From assembly GCF_030028105.1 (NCBI RefSeq), contig NC_092370.1, positions 201,172,005 through 201,236,004 of the forward strand: a stretch of DNA of 64,000 nt, in the 5' to 3' direction. A program made the translations under genes and the position numbers. Below are positions 33,301 through 47,239 of this stretch, in pieces. The DNA is from Mobula birostris. Taxonomy: Eukaryota. The stretch's first letter is position 1. Each line of letters starts with the position of its first letter. The notes below the pieces were generated by a model. The model made no database searches. It was not told the origin of the DNA and saw only the letters and a program-made list of their open reading frames with translations.

Positions 33301-35127
33301 CTCTGATGCACGGTCTGTGAGAATTCTTAAAGGACCTATCAGTGAGATTCTAGATATGAAAGTAGAAATTCAGCCTAAACTCAATTCATTTTAAATTATT
33401 TTATGTTCATAAGGTTTAATCCAGTTTTTCCAATGTTAAATGTATATTGATAAATTTAGCTTATTTTTAACGTTAACTGAATTCATTTATGACAGATCAG
33501 TGAGCCAAACTCCTGCACACTAGATTATGCTTTGCAGTTCTGACACAATTTATACAGGCAGTTAATCATGACAGACAAAGGTTACGAATGAAGAGAATGA
33601 CAACTTATTGAATTTTCAAAGGTACAAAACAGTACAAACCCGTTGGCCTACAATGTTGTGCTGACCCATTAACCCACTCTAAAATCAATCTAACCTCCCA
33701 CATAGCCCTCCATTTTTCTTTCATTCATGTGTCAATTTGTTTGATTTGTTCTTTTGGATGAGACGGCGGGCGAACAGCAGCTGAAATATGGGAAAGGGGG
33801 TCCTCTACTGGCTGCAAATTAAAATTACAGAACAAAAATGGATTTTGTATAGGATCAGACTCTGAAAATGCATGCAAAAGTACAAATTCTTGTTAAATGA
33901 GGCTATGATTATTGAAAGCATTGATATTTCCTTCCATTAATCCATTCTGTATAAAATGAAGGACCTTTTTAATTTAAAAATTGTTAAAATTGATTAAATG
34001 TAGTGGTATAATGCAGCATTACTAAGGGCATGCTATATAATATAATTGAAAGAATACTATAATAAACTCAATTGACTTTACCAAATTATATGAATTATTT
34101 AGAGTGATACATGTTAAAATACACACATGATGATGCAACAAAATTTTGGTTGAATGTAATGTGCCATTGAATGGAAGCATGCAGTTGCCATCTTGTGATG
34201 CTTCGTGCTTACTAGAGACAGAGGCACCAAATGGTGGATCATTTCTTTTCTTGTCTGATGGATTATGATGAAGAGGAGGATTAGGATGTCTGCCTGTGCT
34301 AGTCAACGTATTGAATAGTAAAAGGCAAGAGGCCCAAAAGATGGAAGTTTAAGAAATTAATCAGTTAGCAGTTTTATAGTTTAAAGTCCACAGAGGCTGA
34401 AGAACACCCAAAATAAAGAAGGTTTGGTGAAAAGGATATTGGGTGGGTATGTTCTCCATGACAGCCTACAGTTTGATTAAATTGCCTTGCATCATTGTGC
34501 ATATGCATACGACGGATACCTCCATTACTCTGCCAAACGACACAGCTTATTGGTATACATCAAGTGGCTGAACAATCAACCAGACTAAAACTATTCATTA
34601 GCATTTCTAGACAATTTTATGAAGGTGGGATGCCTGGGACCAACAACTGATTGTCTATTCAACAATTCCCCAACGTGACATTTTTTTCTTTCCTTCAATG
34701 AATGTTCTATTCTTTAATTTGCTTTGTGAATCCTGCAGTAGAAATTTCTGTGCTATCACAGGAGGGTGCTCTTTCAAGCTGGTTGATGTTAATCATTGCC
34801 TAAGGAATCTCTCTATCTTGTGTGAGAAGGAGATTATATTATAATGATTGCAATAAGATAAAACTGAGCCGTGCAGGACGGGATAGTTTAATATAATGCA
34901 GTGTACTTAGATAAATGTATGTATAAGGAAGTAACAAATGTTAAAGAAAGAATGAGCCTGGCTTTGTCATACATTTTTACTATAATGTTAGCATTCGTTT
35001 CGAACAGGATATAATACTGATGCTTTATAAGTCAGAACAGATTTGGCGAATTGTGAGCAGTTTTCGGTCTCATATCTAAGAAGGGATGTGCTGGAGAGAG
35101 TTTAGGGGAAATTCTTGAGAATGATTT

Positions 35128-35450
35128 TATTTCGAGATCCCGCATGGAGTAGGCCTTCTTCTGGCCCTTTGAGCCGCACCACCCAGCAACCTCCACAGCC
35201 CCAATTTAACCCTAACCTAATCACCGGACAATTAACAATGAACAATTAGCCTGTCCTGTAAATCTTTGAACTGTGGGAGGAGACCCGACAACCCGGATAA
35301 AACCCATAAAACCCGGATAAAACCTAGATAAAGCCCATGCATTCTACAGGGAGGACGTGCGAAGACGCCTTTCAGAGGACACCGAGATTGAACTCTGAAC
35401 TCCAACACCCCGAGCTGTAATAGCGTCTCGCCTATACACTATACCAACAG
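35128..35450 (-). mobile_element. V-domain SINE with short internal repeat, within a CR1 fragment
   Basis: Homologous to 31229-31510; acccggataaaacc duplicated. Confidence 0.7.
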
Positions 35451-36089
35451 GGCCAAAACTGCTCACAATACTCCAAATGTCTGCTTCTTGGCAATAGCAT
35501 CTGAAAACAAATGATACCTTTTCACTTGCATCCTGATAACATACAACACTACTTCACTATAATCTGACCTGACTCTTCCACTGTCTGTGGACTGCCTGTC
35601 TGATATTCATTACTGGATTTGCAAATAACTTTTAACCCCAACAAAATACCAGGAAGCTCAAAGCCATTGTCTTCATTTGCATCACAAACCCCATTTCCAT
35701 TCTGCCCTCATCCTTCACCTGGGCATTTGTATAAAATTTATCCAGATTATTCACAGCACTAGTGTTCTCTCTAACCCCAGCAGAACCTATAGACCACCTA
35801 TCTATGCTATCACTAAGGCCATCAATTTCCACGTCTGTAATGTATGGCCCTGCTTCAGCTTGCGTATATTGAAATCGATAAACTTGTCAACGTCACCACT
35901 GGACTTACTATTCAATATACCTTTGCATGTTCTACCCTCCACTGATCAACAAAAAATCATCTAAAGCTCTGCTCTGTCTGCCCTACTTCCTACCTTTCCA
36001 TTCACCTTTGTGCTTACTGACCCATATTTAATCCTGGTTAAGGAATGCCTCAATTCTAAAATTGTCAAAAAATAAACCCTAAAAACAAA

Positions 36090-39000
36090 TTGTAGGAGAG
36101 TCCAAGAACAGAGATCACAACCTCAGAGTAAAAGGATGTCCCTTTAGAGCAGAAATTTCTAAAATTTCTTTAACCAGAGGTGGTAAAACTGTGGAATTCC
36201 TTGCCAAAGATGACTGTGGGGGCCAGGTCCTTAGGGATATTTAAAGTGAATTACCAGGTTACCAGAATGGCTGATGACGGAAAGGCAGTGGATATTCTCT
36301 GCATTGATTTTAGCAAGGCCTTCAACATGGTCCCGCGTCGGAGATGTGTCATAAAGGGTCAGATGCTTGGCCCTCAGGATGAGGAAGTAAATTGCATTCA
36401 ACATTTGCTTTATGAGGGAAGCCAGAGAGTGATAATAGATGGTTGCCTCTCTGACTGGAGGCCTATAACTAGTGGTGTGCCACAGGGATCAATGCTGGGT
36501 CCAGTGTTGCTTGTCATCTATATTGATGATCCAGATGATAGAGCTATTCCAGAGGGGTTAATCTAATTTAGAAGGGAGATGGGAACTGGAGTGAAAGTGC
36601 TGAGGATGAGGTAGTTGGTTTTACAAACAAAGGCAGTGTGTAGTAAGACAGGCTGATGAAAGGGCAAAATTGCAGTCAACAGGATGAATTGCAATGTAAA
36701 AGGCAGACAAAATCGAAAAGGATGAATACAGGACTGAATGTGCACAGAATAGGGAATAAGGTAGATGAACGCAGAACAGTTACAGATTGGCATGTATGAC
36801 ACTGTGGGCATCACTGAATCGTGGCTGAAAGAAGATTATAACTGGGAGCTTAACGTCCAAGAATAAACACTGTATTGAAAGGACAAGTAGGTAGGCAGAG
36901 GGGTTTGTGTGGCTCTGATGATAAAAATCGAAATCAAATTAGAAAGAGGTGACATAGGGTCAGAAGATATTGAATCATTGTGGGTAGAGATAATGAACTG
37001 CAAGGTTAGACGATGGAAGTTATATACAGACCCCAAACAGTAGTAAAGAAGTTGTCTACAAATTACAATGAAATTACAATGGGAGAAGGAAAACACATGT
37101 CGAAAAGGCAATGTTAAGATAGTCATGGGCAATTTCAATATGCAGGTAGATTGGGAAAATCATATTGATGCTGGATCCCAAGAGGAGAAATTTTTAGAAT
37201 GACTGTGAGATGGCTTTATAGCACAGCTTATGGTTGAGCCCATTAGGGGATCAGCTATTCTGGATTGGGCATTGTACGAAAAAAAACAGAATTGATGAGA
37301 GAGCTTGAGATAAAGAAACCCTTAGGGGATAGTAATCATGGTATGAAAGAATTCACCATGGAATTTGAGAAGAAGAGGCTAAAGTCAGATGTGGCGGTAA
37401 GAAGATTATAGCTGGGAGCTTAACATCCAAGAATAAACATTGTGTCGAATGTGATGTAACAGGGATGTGATGTTGAGGCTCTATAAGGCACTCATGAGAC
37501 CACACTCGGAGTATTGTGTGTAGTTTTGGGCTCCTTATTTTAGAAAGGATATACTGACATTGGAGAGGGTTCGGAGAAGATTCACAAGAATGATTCCAGG
37601 AGTGAAAGGGTTACCGTATGAGGAACGTCTGGCAGCTTTTGGGCTGTATTCCCTGGAGATCAGGAGGTTGAGGAAGGATCTTATAGAAACATTCCAAATA
37701 TTAAAAGGCCTGAACAGATTAGACATAGCAAAGTTATTTCCCATGGTAGTGGATTCTAGGACAAGAAGGCATGACTTCAAAATTGAAAGACGTCCATTTA
37801 GAACTGAGATGCGAAGAAATTACTTTAGTCAGAGGGTGGTAAATCTGTGGAATTTGTTGCCATGAGCGTCTGTGGAGGCCAAGTCATTGGGTGTATTTAA
37901 GGCAGAGATAGATAGGTTCTTGATTAGCCAGGGCATCAAAGTATATGGGGTGAAGGCAGGGGAGTGGGGATGACTGGAAGAATTGGATCAGCCCATGATT
38001 GAATGGTGAAGCAAATTCGATGGGCCAAATGGCCAACTTCTGCTCCTATATTTTAAGGTCTTATGTATCAATATTACAGTGGAGTAAAGGGAATTACAGA
38101 GGCATGAGAGAGCAGCTGGCCAAAGTTGATTGAAAGGGTGGCTAATGGTGTTTCAAAGGGGTCTGTGTTGGGACTGCTTCTTTTGACGTTATATGGCAAT
38201 GACTTGGATGACAATGGCTATGTGGCTGAGTTTACAGATGATCTGAAGACAGGTGGAGGGGCAGGTAGTTTTCAGGAAGTAGGGAGGTTACAGAAGGACT
38301 TAGATATATTCAGAGAATGGGCAAAGAAGTGGCAGATGGAATAGAGTGTCCAGAAGAGTATAGTTGTGCACTTTGTTAGAATAAATAAAAATATAGACAA
38401 TTTTCTAAATAGAGAGAAAATTCAAATGTCAAAGGAGCAAAGGGACTTGGGAGTCCTCATGCAGGATCCCCTAAAGATTATTTTGCAGAATGAGTCTGTG
38501 GGGAGAATGGCAAATGCAATATTAGCATTCATTTCAAGAGGACTAGAATGTACAAACAAGGAATTAATGTTGAGGCTTCATAAAGCAGTGATGAGGCCTC
38601 ACTTGGAGTATTGTGAGCAGTTTTGGGCCCCCTACCTAAGGAAGGATGTGCTGACATTGGAGGGATTTAAAGGACTTTCACAAGAATGATTTCAGGATTG
38701 AAAGGCTTGTCATATGAGGAGCATTTGATGGCTCTGGGCCTCTTCTCTCTGGAATTCATTGGAATGAGGGTGACTTCATTGAACCTTATTGAATGTTGAA
38801 AGGCCTCGATAGAGTGGATGTAGAGAGGATGCCTCCTATTGTGGATAAGTCTAAGACAAAAGGACACATCCTTTTAGAACAGAGATGAGGAGGAATTTCT
38901 TCAGCCGGAGAGTGGTGCATCTGTGGAATTCACTACCGCAGACGGCAGTGGAGGCCAAGTTTTTATGTATATTTAAAGCAGAGTTTGATAGATTCATGAT

Positions 39001-40225
39001 TGGTCAGGGCATGAAGGGATGAGGGGAGAAGGCAGGAGATTGGGGCTGAGAGCAAAAATGGATGAGCAATGAGAGCAGACTCGATGGGCCAAATGGTCTA
39101 CTTCTGCTCCTATATCTTATGGTCTATTCAGTGTGCAATCAATAAAAAGAAGTGGAGGATGATGATAGATGTCTGTGTACAAACGTAGTTCTGGTCATCA
39201 CACTATAAAGAAGATGTGGTAGAGAACCCTACAGGATCACTTCACTCCAGGGAAGAGAGTCCCAGCCTATCCAGCCTCTGCTCATAACCCAAATCTGCCA
39301 GTACCAACAACGTCCCTGTAAATCTTTTTTGCACCCTTACTAGCCTGACACCGATTGGGGCATAGTAGACAGCGAGGAAGTCTATCAAAGCTTGCAACAG
39401 GATCAGGACCAGCTGGAAAAATGGGCTGAAAAGTGGCAGATGGAACTTAATGCAGATAAATACGAAGTGTTGCACTTTGGGAAGACCTACATGGTGCGCA
39501 ATATAGGGCACTGAGGAATGTGGTAGAACAGAGGAATCTGTGAATACAGATCCATAATTCCTTAAAAGTGGTGTCACAGGTTGTAAGGAGAGCTTTTGGC
39601 ACATTGGCCATATAACAAAGTATTGAATACAGGAGTTGGGTATGTTATGTTGACATTGTACAAAACATTGGTGAGGCCTAAGTTGGCATATTGTGTGCAG
39701 TTCTGGTCACTAACATACAGGAAAGATATCAATAAGATTTAAAGAATGCCGAGAAGAGTTACAAGGATGTTGCTGGCTCTTGAGGACCTCAGTGAAAGGC
39801 CAAATAGGTGAAGTCTTTACTCCCTCGAGCATAGGGGAATGAAGTGAGAATTGATAGAGGTATATAAAATTATGAGAGGTATCGATGGGACAAATGCAAT
39901 CAAGATTTTTCTACTGAGGTTTTGTGAGACTAGAACTGGAGGTCACTTATTAAGTGTGAAAGATGATATGTTTAAGGGGAATATGTGGGGGGACTTCTTC
40001 ACTCAGAAGGTGGTGAGAATGGGGAACAAGCTGCCAGCAGGAATGGTGAATCTGGGTTTGATTTCAACATTTAAGAGATGTTTGGAATAGCACTTTAATG
40101 GGATGGGAATGGAGGGTTATGGTCCAGATGCAGGTCAATGGGATGAAGCAGAATAATAGTTCAGTAAGGAACGGATGGACTGAGGGGCTTGGTTCTGTGC
40201 TGCATTTATCTGTGTCTCTATGACT
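36090..40225 (+). mobile_element. Cluster of CR1 LINE fragments (APE region 36560-37392; 3' fragments 37450-38062, 38140-39125, 39355-40225; short minus piece ~39190-39350)
   Basis: DFSKAF, SGVPQGS, RPHLEYCEQFWAPYLRKD, FSQRVVNLWN motifs and several CR1 tails. Confidence 0.85.
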
Positions 40226-41595
40226 CTTTGACTCTGGAAATAAAAACTAGTGACTTTTCATCACATGGGTTCTCATAATTTATCTAATTCTCAGTTTGAC
40301 CCAATGGTTTAGAGAACATTCACTGCATTTTTTACAGTGATGAGCTTTTGCATTGCCTGAACAGATCGAAATAACACTGTTCAGATGCCAAATGGGTGTT
40401 TATTTTTCATTCCCATTCAATTAGGATAGTTCTGAGCTGTAAGGACCCATGCTGAATAACTGCAGGACAACATCTCTTTCTGAGTCTCCCCAAGACCTGC
40501 CTGACACTATTCCAAGTTGCTCAGTATGACTAAGGGACCAACAGAGGCGGTGGTGGGGGCAGGAACAGAAACATGCTATTAACTGGAGCAGTGATAATGG
40601 GAAGCCAGGGCAACAATGACAGGGAATGGGCATGCAAGATGCTTTATTGGCCTGAATCCAGCTGGGAACACATCGTATTTTGATTGAGTGCCCTGTCTGA
40701 AATGTCACAGGGACAGGCTGGTAGCTTGTTGCAACCTGTGCTCACAGGAACTGCCTTACCACCCCCAGGGATCTGGCTCATGCTTTGATGATGTTGAGTC
40801 TCTCACATTTGCAGAACCATGCTCAGCCAGAGTGCTAAGTGGATGATCCATTCTGGCTTCCTCCTCAGGTCTTAACCATCACAGGAGCCCGTCTTTAACT
40901 AATTCTATGTATATCATGGCAACAGGAAATAGCTGAGGATTCCGGATACGGCAAAGGTCACTCTCTCATGGTTTAGAGTTATACCTTGCTCGAAGGAAGA
41001 TGGGCATGCTTGTTGGAGCTCAATCATTCCCAAGCAGGACATCACTGTAGGGGTTCCTATGGACAGTGTCCTAGGCCCAACCATCTTCAGCTTCATCAAA
41101 CACCTTCTTTCTATTTTGAGATTAATATATTGGAAATTGGAATGTTCTCTGAAGATTGCATAACGCTCAGCTTCATTTGTAGCTTCACACCTGGATAGAC
41201 TAAGACCAAGGCAACATTAAGGCGTGAGCTGGCTCATATCAAAGTACTAGAAAACAACCACCTCAATAGAAGAGGGAACCTTTAACATTATCATCATCAA
41301 GTCTCAGTCAATTGACCTCCTGGTGAATACCATTGAACACCAAATTACTATAGCAGCCACATAAATATAACAGCAAATCATAGGCTGGGCTTTCCATGAT
41401 GAATAATTCACATCCTGACAGTCCAATCTCCTTATGCCAGCTATAAGGCACAAAGTCAAATGTGTGATGGAATATTGTCCACGTGCTTGATTGAGTACTC
41501 TCCAACAGCATTCAAGAAGCCCAATGCTGTCTAGCATAAATCAATGCACTTGATTGTCACCCTATCCTTCAGCCTAAAAATGTTCAATTCCCCCT

Positions 41596-44500
41596 TGTGA
41601 TGTGAAGAAAGTCACCGGAGAGACACTGAAGCTAGTGGAAATGGAAATGTTTTATTCAACAAAAATGAGCAACATGCATCATATTGAGACACTCTTGGAA
41701 GAAGAGGCCAGTTCAACTCAATATTACATGACATTTTTATATATTAAATATTAGAGGTAACCGCAGGACAATTCTATAGTTACAATGTATCTACAATGCT
41801 TCCTTTGAATTACATATAGTTTTCAAACACTTCCTTCTTCACACCCAACATGAATGTTAATTGTCAATGACTCTAGGCCACGTTCATAGAACCATTGAAC
41901 ACTACAGCACAGGAAACAGGCCATTCGGCCTTTCTAGTCTGTGCCAAAACTTTATTCTGCTAGTCCCATTGACCTGCACCCAGTCCATAACCCTGCAGAC
42001 CTCTCCCATCCATGTATCTATCCAATTTATTCTTAAAACTTAAGAGTGAGCCCGCATTTACCACATCAGATGGCAGCTCATTCCACACTCCCACCACTCT
42101 CTCAGTGAAGAAGTTCCTCCTAATGTTCCTCCTAAACCTTTCCCCTTTCACCCTAAAGCCATGACCTCTCATATTTATCTCTCCTAAGCTAAGTGGAAAG
42201 AGCCTACTCACATTTACTCTGTCTATACCCCTCATAATTTTGTAGATCTCTATCAAATCTCCCTTCATTCCTCTACACTCCAAGGAATAAAGTCCTAACC
42301 TGTTTAGTCTTTCCCTGTAACTCAACTCCTGAAGATCCGGCAACATCCTAGTGAATCTTCTCTGCACTCTTTCAATCTTATTGATATCCTTCCTATAGTT
42401 AGGTGACCAGAACTGTACACAATATTCCAAATTTGGCCTCACCAATGTCTTATACAACCTCGCCATAACATCCCAACTCCTATACTCATACTTTTGATTT
42501 ATGAATGCCAGGATGCCGAAAGCCTTCTTTACAACCCTGTCTACCTGTGATGCCACTTTCAGGGAATTATGTATCTGAACTCCCAGATCGCTTTGTTCCT
42601 CTGCACTCCTCAATTCCCTACCATTTACTGTGTACGTCCTGCCTTGATTTGTCCTTCCAAAATGCAACACCTCACACTTATCTGCATCAAATTCCATCTG
42701 CCATTTTCTGGCCCACTTTTCCATTTGGTCCAGATCCCTCTGCAAGCTTTGAAAGCCTTCCTCGCTGTCCACAACGCCTCCAATCTTAGTGTCATCAGCA
42801 AACTTGCTGATCCAATTTACCACATTATCATCTAGATCATTGATATAGACAACAAAGGTCCCAGCACAGATCCCTGAGGCACACCACAAGTCACAGGCCT
42901 CCAGTCTGAGAAGTGATCATCCACTACCACTCTCTGTCTTCTCCCACACTGCCAATTTCGAATCCAGTTTACAATCTCTCCATGGATACCTAGTGACTGA
43001 ACCTTTTGAACTAACCTCCCATGTGGGACCTTGTCAAAGGCCTTACTAAGTCCATGTAGACAACATCCACAGCCTTTCCTTCATCTACTTTCTTGGTAAC
43101 CTCCTCGAAAAACTCTACAAGATTTGTTGAACACGATCTACCACGCCCAAAGCCATGCTAACTATCCTTAATCAGCCCTTGGCTGTCCAATACTTGTATA
43201 TCCGATCTCTCAGAACACCTTCCAATAATTTACCTACTACTGGTGTCAGGCTCACCGGCCTGGTTTACTTTTGGAGCCTTTTTTAAACAACAGAACAACA
43301 TAAGCTACCCTCCAATCCTCCAGCACCGCACCTGTGGCTAAGGACATTTTAAATATTTCTGCCAGGGCCCCTGCAATTTCTACACTAGTCTCTCTCGAGG
43401 TCCGAGGAAATATCATGTCAGACCCAGGGGATTTATCTACCTTTATTTGCTGCAAGGCAGCAAGCACCTCCTCCTCTTTAATCTCTATATGTTCCATGAC
43501 ACTACTGCTTGTTTCCCTTCCTTCCATATACGCTATGCCAGTTTCCAGAGTAAATACTGATGCAAAAAACTGTTTAAGATCTCCCCCATCTCGTGAGGCC
43601 CCACACATAGGTGACACACTGATCTGCTAGGGGACCAATTTTGTCCCTTACTATCCTTTCACTCTTAACATACTTGTAGAAACCCTTCGGGTTTACCTTC
43701 ACATTATTTGCCAAAGCAACCTCATTTCTTTTTTTGCCTTCCTGATTTCCTTCTTTACTATTTTCTTACATTTTCTATACTCTTCAAGTACCTCATTTGT
43801 TCCTTGTTGCCTAAACCTGCTATACACCTCTCTCTTTTTCTTAACCAGATCGCCAATATCCCTTGAAAACCAAGGTTCCCTATGCTTGTTAACTTTGCCT
43901 TTAATCCTGGCAGGAACATGCAAACTCTGCACTCTCAAAATTTCACCTTTGAAGGCCTTCCACTTACTGAACACATCCTTGCCAGAAAACAACTTATCCT
44001 AATCCACTCTTCCTAGAACCTTTTTCATTTCCACAAAATTGGCCCTTCTCCAATTTAGAACCTCAGCTCGAGGACCGGACTTATCTTTATCCATAATTAA
44101 CTTGAAACTAATGACATTATGGTCACTGGACCCAAAATGTTCACCTACACATACTTCTGTCACCTGAACTGTCAGGTTCCTTAATAGGAGATCAAGTATT
44201 GCATCCTCTCTCATTGGTACCTCTGTATATTGATTTAGAAAACTTTCCTGAACACATTTGACAAACTCCAAGCCATCCAGCCCTTTCACAGTGTGGGAGT
44301 CCCAGTCAATATGTGGAAAGTTAAAATCCCCTACTATTACAACTTTCTGTTGCTTACATCGGTCTGCTATTTCTCTACAGATTTGCTCCTCCAATTCTCT
44401 CTGACTATTAGGCAGACTGTAATACAACCCTATTAGTGTGGTCACACCTTTCCCATTCCTCAGCTCCACCCATATGGCCTCTGTAGACGAGCCCTCCGGG

Positions 44501-45140
44501 CTGTCCTGTCTACGCACAGCTGTGATATTTTCCCTGACTAGTAATGCCACTCCTCCCCCTTTTTATCCCTCCCCCCTCTATCATGTCTGAAACAACGGAA
44601 CCCTGGAACACTAAGCTGCCAGTCCTGCCCTTCCTGCAACCAAGTCTCATTAATAGCAATAATGTCATAATCCCTTGTGCCAATCCACGCCCTAAGCTCA
44701 TCTGCCTTACCTACAATACTCCTTGCATTGATATAGATGCACCTGAGAACATTTCTATCACATACAAACCTTTGATTTCTGTCTTCATGTACAGTCCTCG
44801 CATGACCTTTATCCTCCTCCACCTCACTATCTGCTCTAACACTCTGGTTCCCCTCCCCCAGCAAATCTAGTTTAAACTCCCCGAAGCAGCACTAGCTAAC
44901 CTACCTGCAAGGATGTTAGTCCCTCTCCAGTCCAGGTGCAAACCCTCCCATCAGAACAGGTCCCACCTTCCCTGAAAGAAAGTCCAACTGTCCAGAAACA
45001 TAAAGCCCTCCCTCCTGATTTGCAGGCATCTGAAATATAATTGGTTTGCACAGTGTTTTAAATTCAAATTCAATCTGAAGATCGTTTGCTGATGAAATTA
45101 ATATTTGGTGGATAGCCTAACTACAGAATACACCCTCACA
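41596..45140 (-). mobile_element. Solo LTR (pieces 41596-41884 and 45018-45140) interrupted by CR1
   Basis: TGTGA...TCACA terminal inverted ends; 4-bp TSD ccct at 41592-41595 and 45141-45144; AATAAAA on minus strand ~41650. Confidence 0.7.
41885..45017 (-). mobile_element. CR1 LINE with near-complete but frameshifted ORF2 (APE plus RT)
   Basis: YINARSIVGKADEL, INETWL, VGDFNFPHIDW, GSSDHN, KSPGSD, SKFADDTK, FFTERVVGVWNELP. Confidence 0.95.
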
Positions 45141-46429
45141 CCCTCCACCATCATCTGACTGCTCCATGTGCCATCTGCCAAGAATACTGTAGCTATTTTG
45201 ATTCTACCTTCCAAACTAGTCTTTACTTCCAAGGATAAGAGCAGCAGGTACATATGAATACCACTACTAAGACACATCTTCCCAGATTTGAAATAAATCA
45301 TTATCCTTTACTGTAGTTGGTCCTAAATTCTGGAACTTGCAACCCAGCAGCAATGGTTAAGATGTTGGCTCACCATCACCTTATCAGGTACAATTAGGGA
45401 TCAGCAGTAAATAATCTGGCCTTCCCCGCAATGTCCACATTTTGAAAGAAGAATTTAAAAACCAAATAAAAATAATTTCCACACCATTCAATTTTTTCCC
45501 TATCTGCCTTTATTCGCTTATTATGCTTGAACCATCAGGTAAAAGCCTAAATCTTGTTGTTGAAGAATGAACAAAGTGTCAATATCTGAACGGGGCTTGA
45601 ATCTTGAGCCACAGTGTATGACCTATATGAGAGATTAAAGTTTTGTAGGAGGCTAGAACTGTTAAGATAAGAATTTTGACATTTTTAAGGGAGCTTATTA
45701 CGTAAATTTCATTAGATTATTCCCAAATTAAACTATTTTTCTCAAGATACACTCCAGGATTATGACATTAGGCATGCAGTCATTTTTGATGACTGTAATT
45801 TTAATGGGTATTGAATGCCGTGTGTCAGGGTTATATCAAAACCTGCCCTCTTCTACCCATCTCAGAAGAAAATAGCTTCCAACATGCTCCTTATCTCTGG
45901 GAACATATTCTGCAATCATCAAGTATGAGGTAACTAGAAAGCCACCTCTGGATTTCCCTCTCTTTCTGGAGTTCTGTGCCTTCTTCTGCAAGGATGAAAA
46001 GAAGGAAGCTGAATAAAGAAATATGACTTGTGCAGAATGGGTGGGTGGAAAACATTTGATAACAGTTATTATAAGGGAGGCACATTGTGTAAAGTCAAAG
46101 GTGAAAGTCAAAACTGGCCAAACAATATATGAAAATACAAAAGAGAATTGGTTTATGAACCATTTACTGAAGAAAACTTAAATTGTCATATTGAAAGGCT
46201 GGAATGACATGCATAGGAAGATTAGATAAATCACCTTCCTTTCTGAAAAGCTTATTAAAATATTTACCATCCAATTAAGGTGCTGAGGATTGCTTTTCTG
46301 TTATTCAATCTGGCAACCTTCAGCTATGTCGCCTTATTGTTACCAACAGGCCAACTATCTGCAAAGTACATAATGTCAGCCCAAGCAGCAACGATCACAA
46401 GTACTTTGGGTACATCTGCACACTATTCT

Positions 46430-46655
46430 CAATATTTACTGCTTATTTATTTATTATTATTATTTCTTTCATTTTGTATTTACACAGTTTGTGGTCTTTT
46501 GCATGCCAGTTGAAAGCTCAAGTTGGTGTGGTCTTCCATCAATTCTATTTGGTTGTTATCCTATTATGGAGTTATTGAGTATGCCCGCAAGAAATTGAAT
46601 CTTGGGGTGTATATGATCACATATATGTACTTCGAAAATAAATTAACTTTGAATT
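46430..46655 (+). mobile_element. Rex1 3' UTR fragment
   Basis: Homologous to 4147-4375. Confidence 0.75.
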
Positions 46656-47239
46656 ATTTTCTCATATCGAGCAGCCACAATTCATCAAATTTCATGCTTG
46701 CAATGTGCCTTAACATAGCAGACTTGAAAATAGAGTCATGTGAGCTGAATATTAACCTTAATTGCTTCAGAGAGCTAAACTGCTGTCAAGCTTTAAAAAT
46801 TTAGTTTCTTTCAAAGCTTTTAAATATATTTTTAAAATTCTAAAATGATGAGCCATATTCTATAAGCTTGAAAAGATAATCAGAAGTATTTTTGAATTAA
46901 TATGCCACAAGAAATATGTTAAAGGCTATCCTTTACTGAGAAAGTTTCTGTCAGAAGTTCTGCTTCCTCTGTTCTCTGACTAACTTGGCTTTGTTTGTTG
47001 TGAGCCAGACATATATCTCTGAAAATGGCAAGATGGTGAAGAAGGTATTTGGCATGCTTGCTGCAGAGGTGGAAGCATTGAATATAAGAGTTGGGACATC
47101 ATTCACATCTGTACAAAACAGTCGTGAGGCAAGACATGGAGCTTTGTGTACAGTTCAGTTACAAAGTGCTAGGACCACTACTGTTTCTCAGAGAGTCATA
47201 GAGAAGTACAGCAGAGAAACAGGCCCTTTGGCCCATCTA

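Larger units (their letters stand above)
40950..45460 (+). mobile_element. Ancient CR1/L2-group LINE fragment, split by a nested LTR and CR1
   Basis: ggggttcctatggacagtgtcctaggcccaaccatcttcagc (GVP.xSVLGP); sequence resumes at 45141 after the ccct TSD. Confidence 0.6.

Noticed and set aside
45866-45929. Possible plus-strand micro-exon (ctcag...GAG|gtaact)
   Set aside because: Moderate splice sites, unrecognised peptide, no phase-compatible partner found
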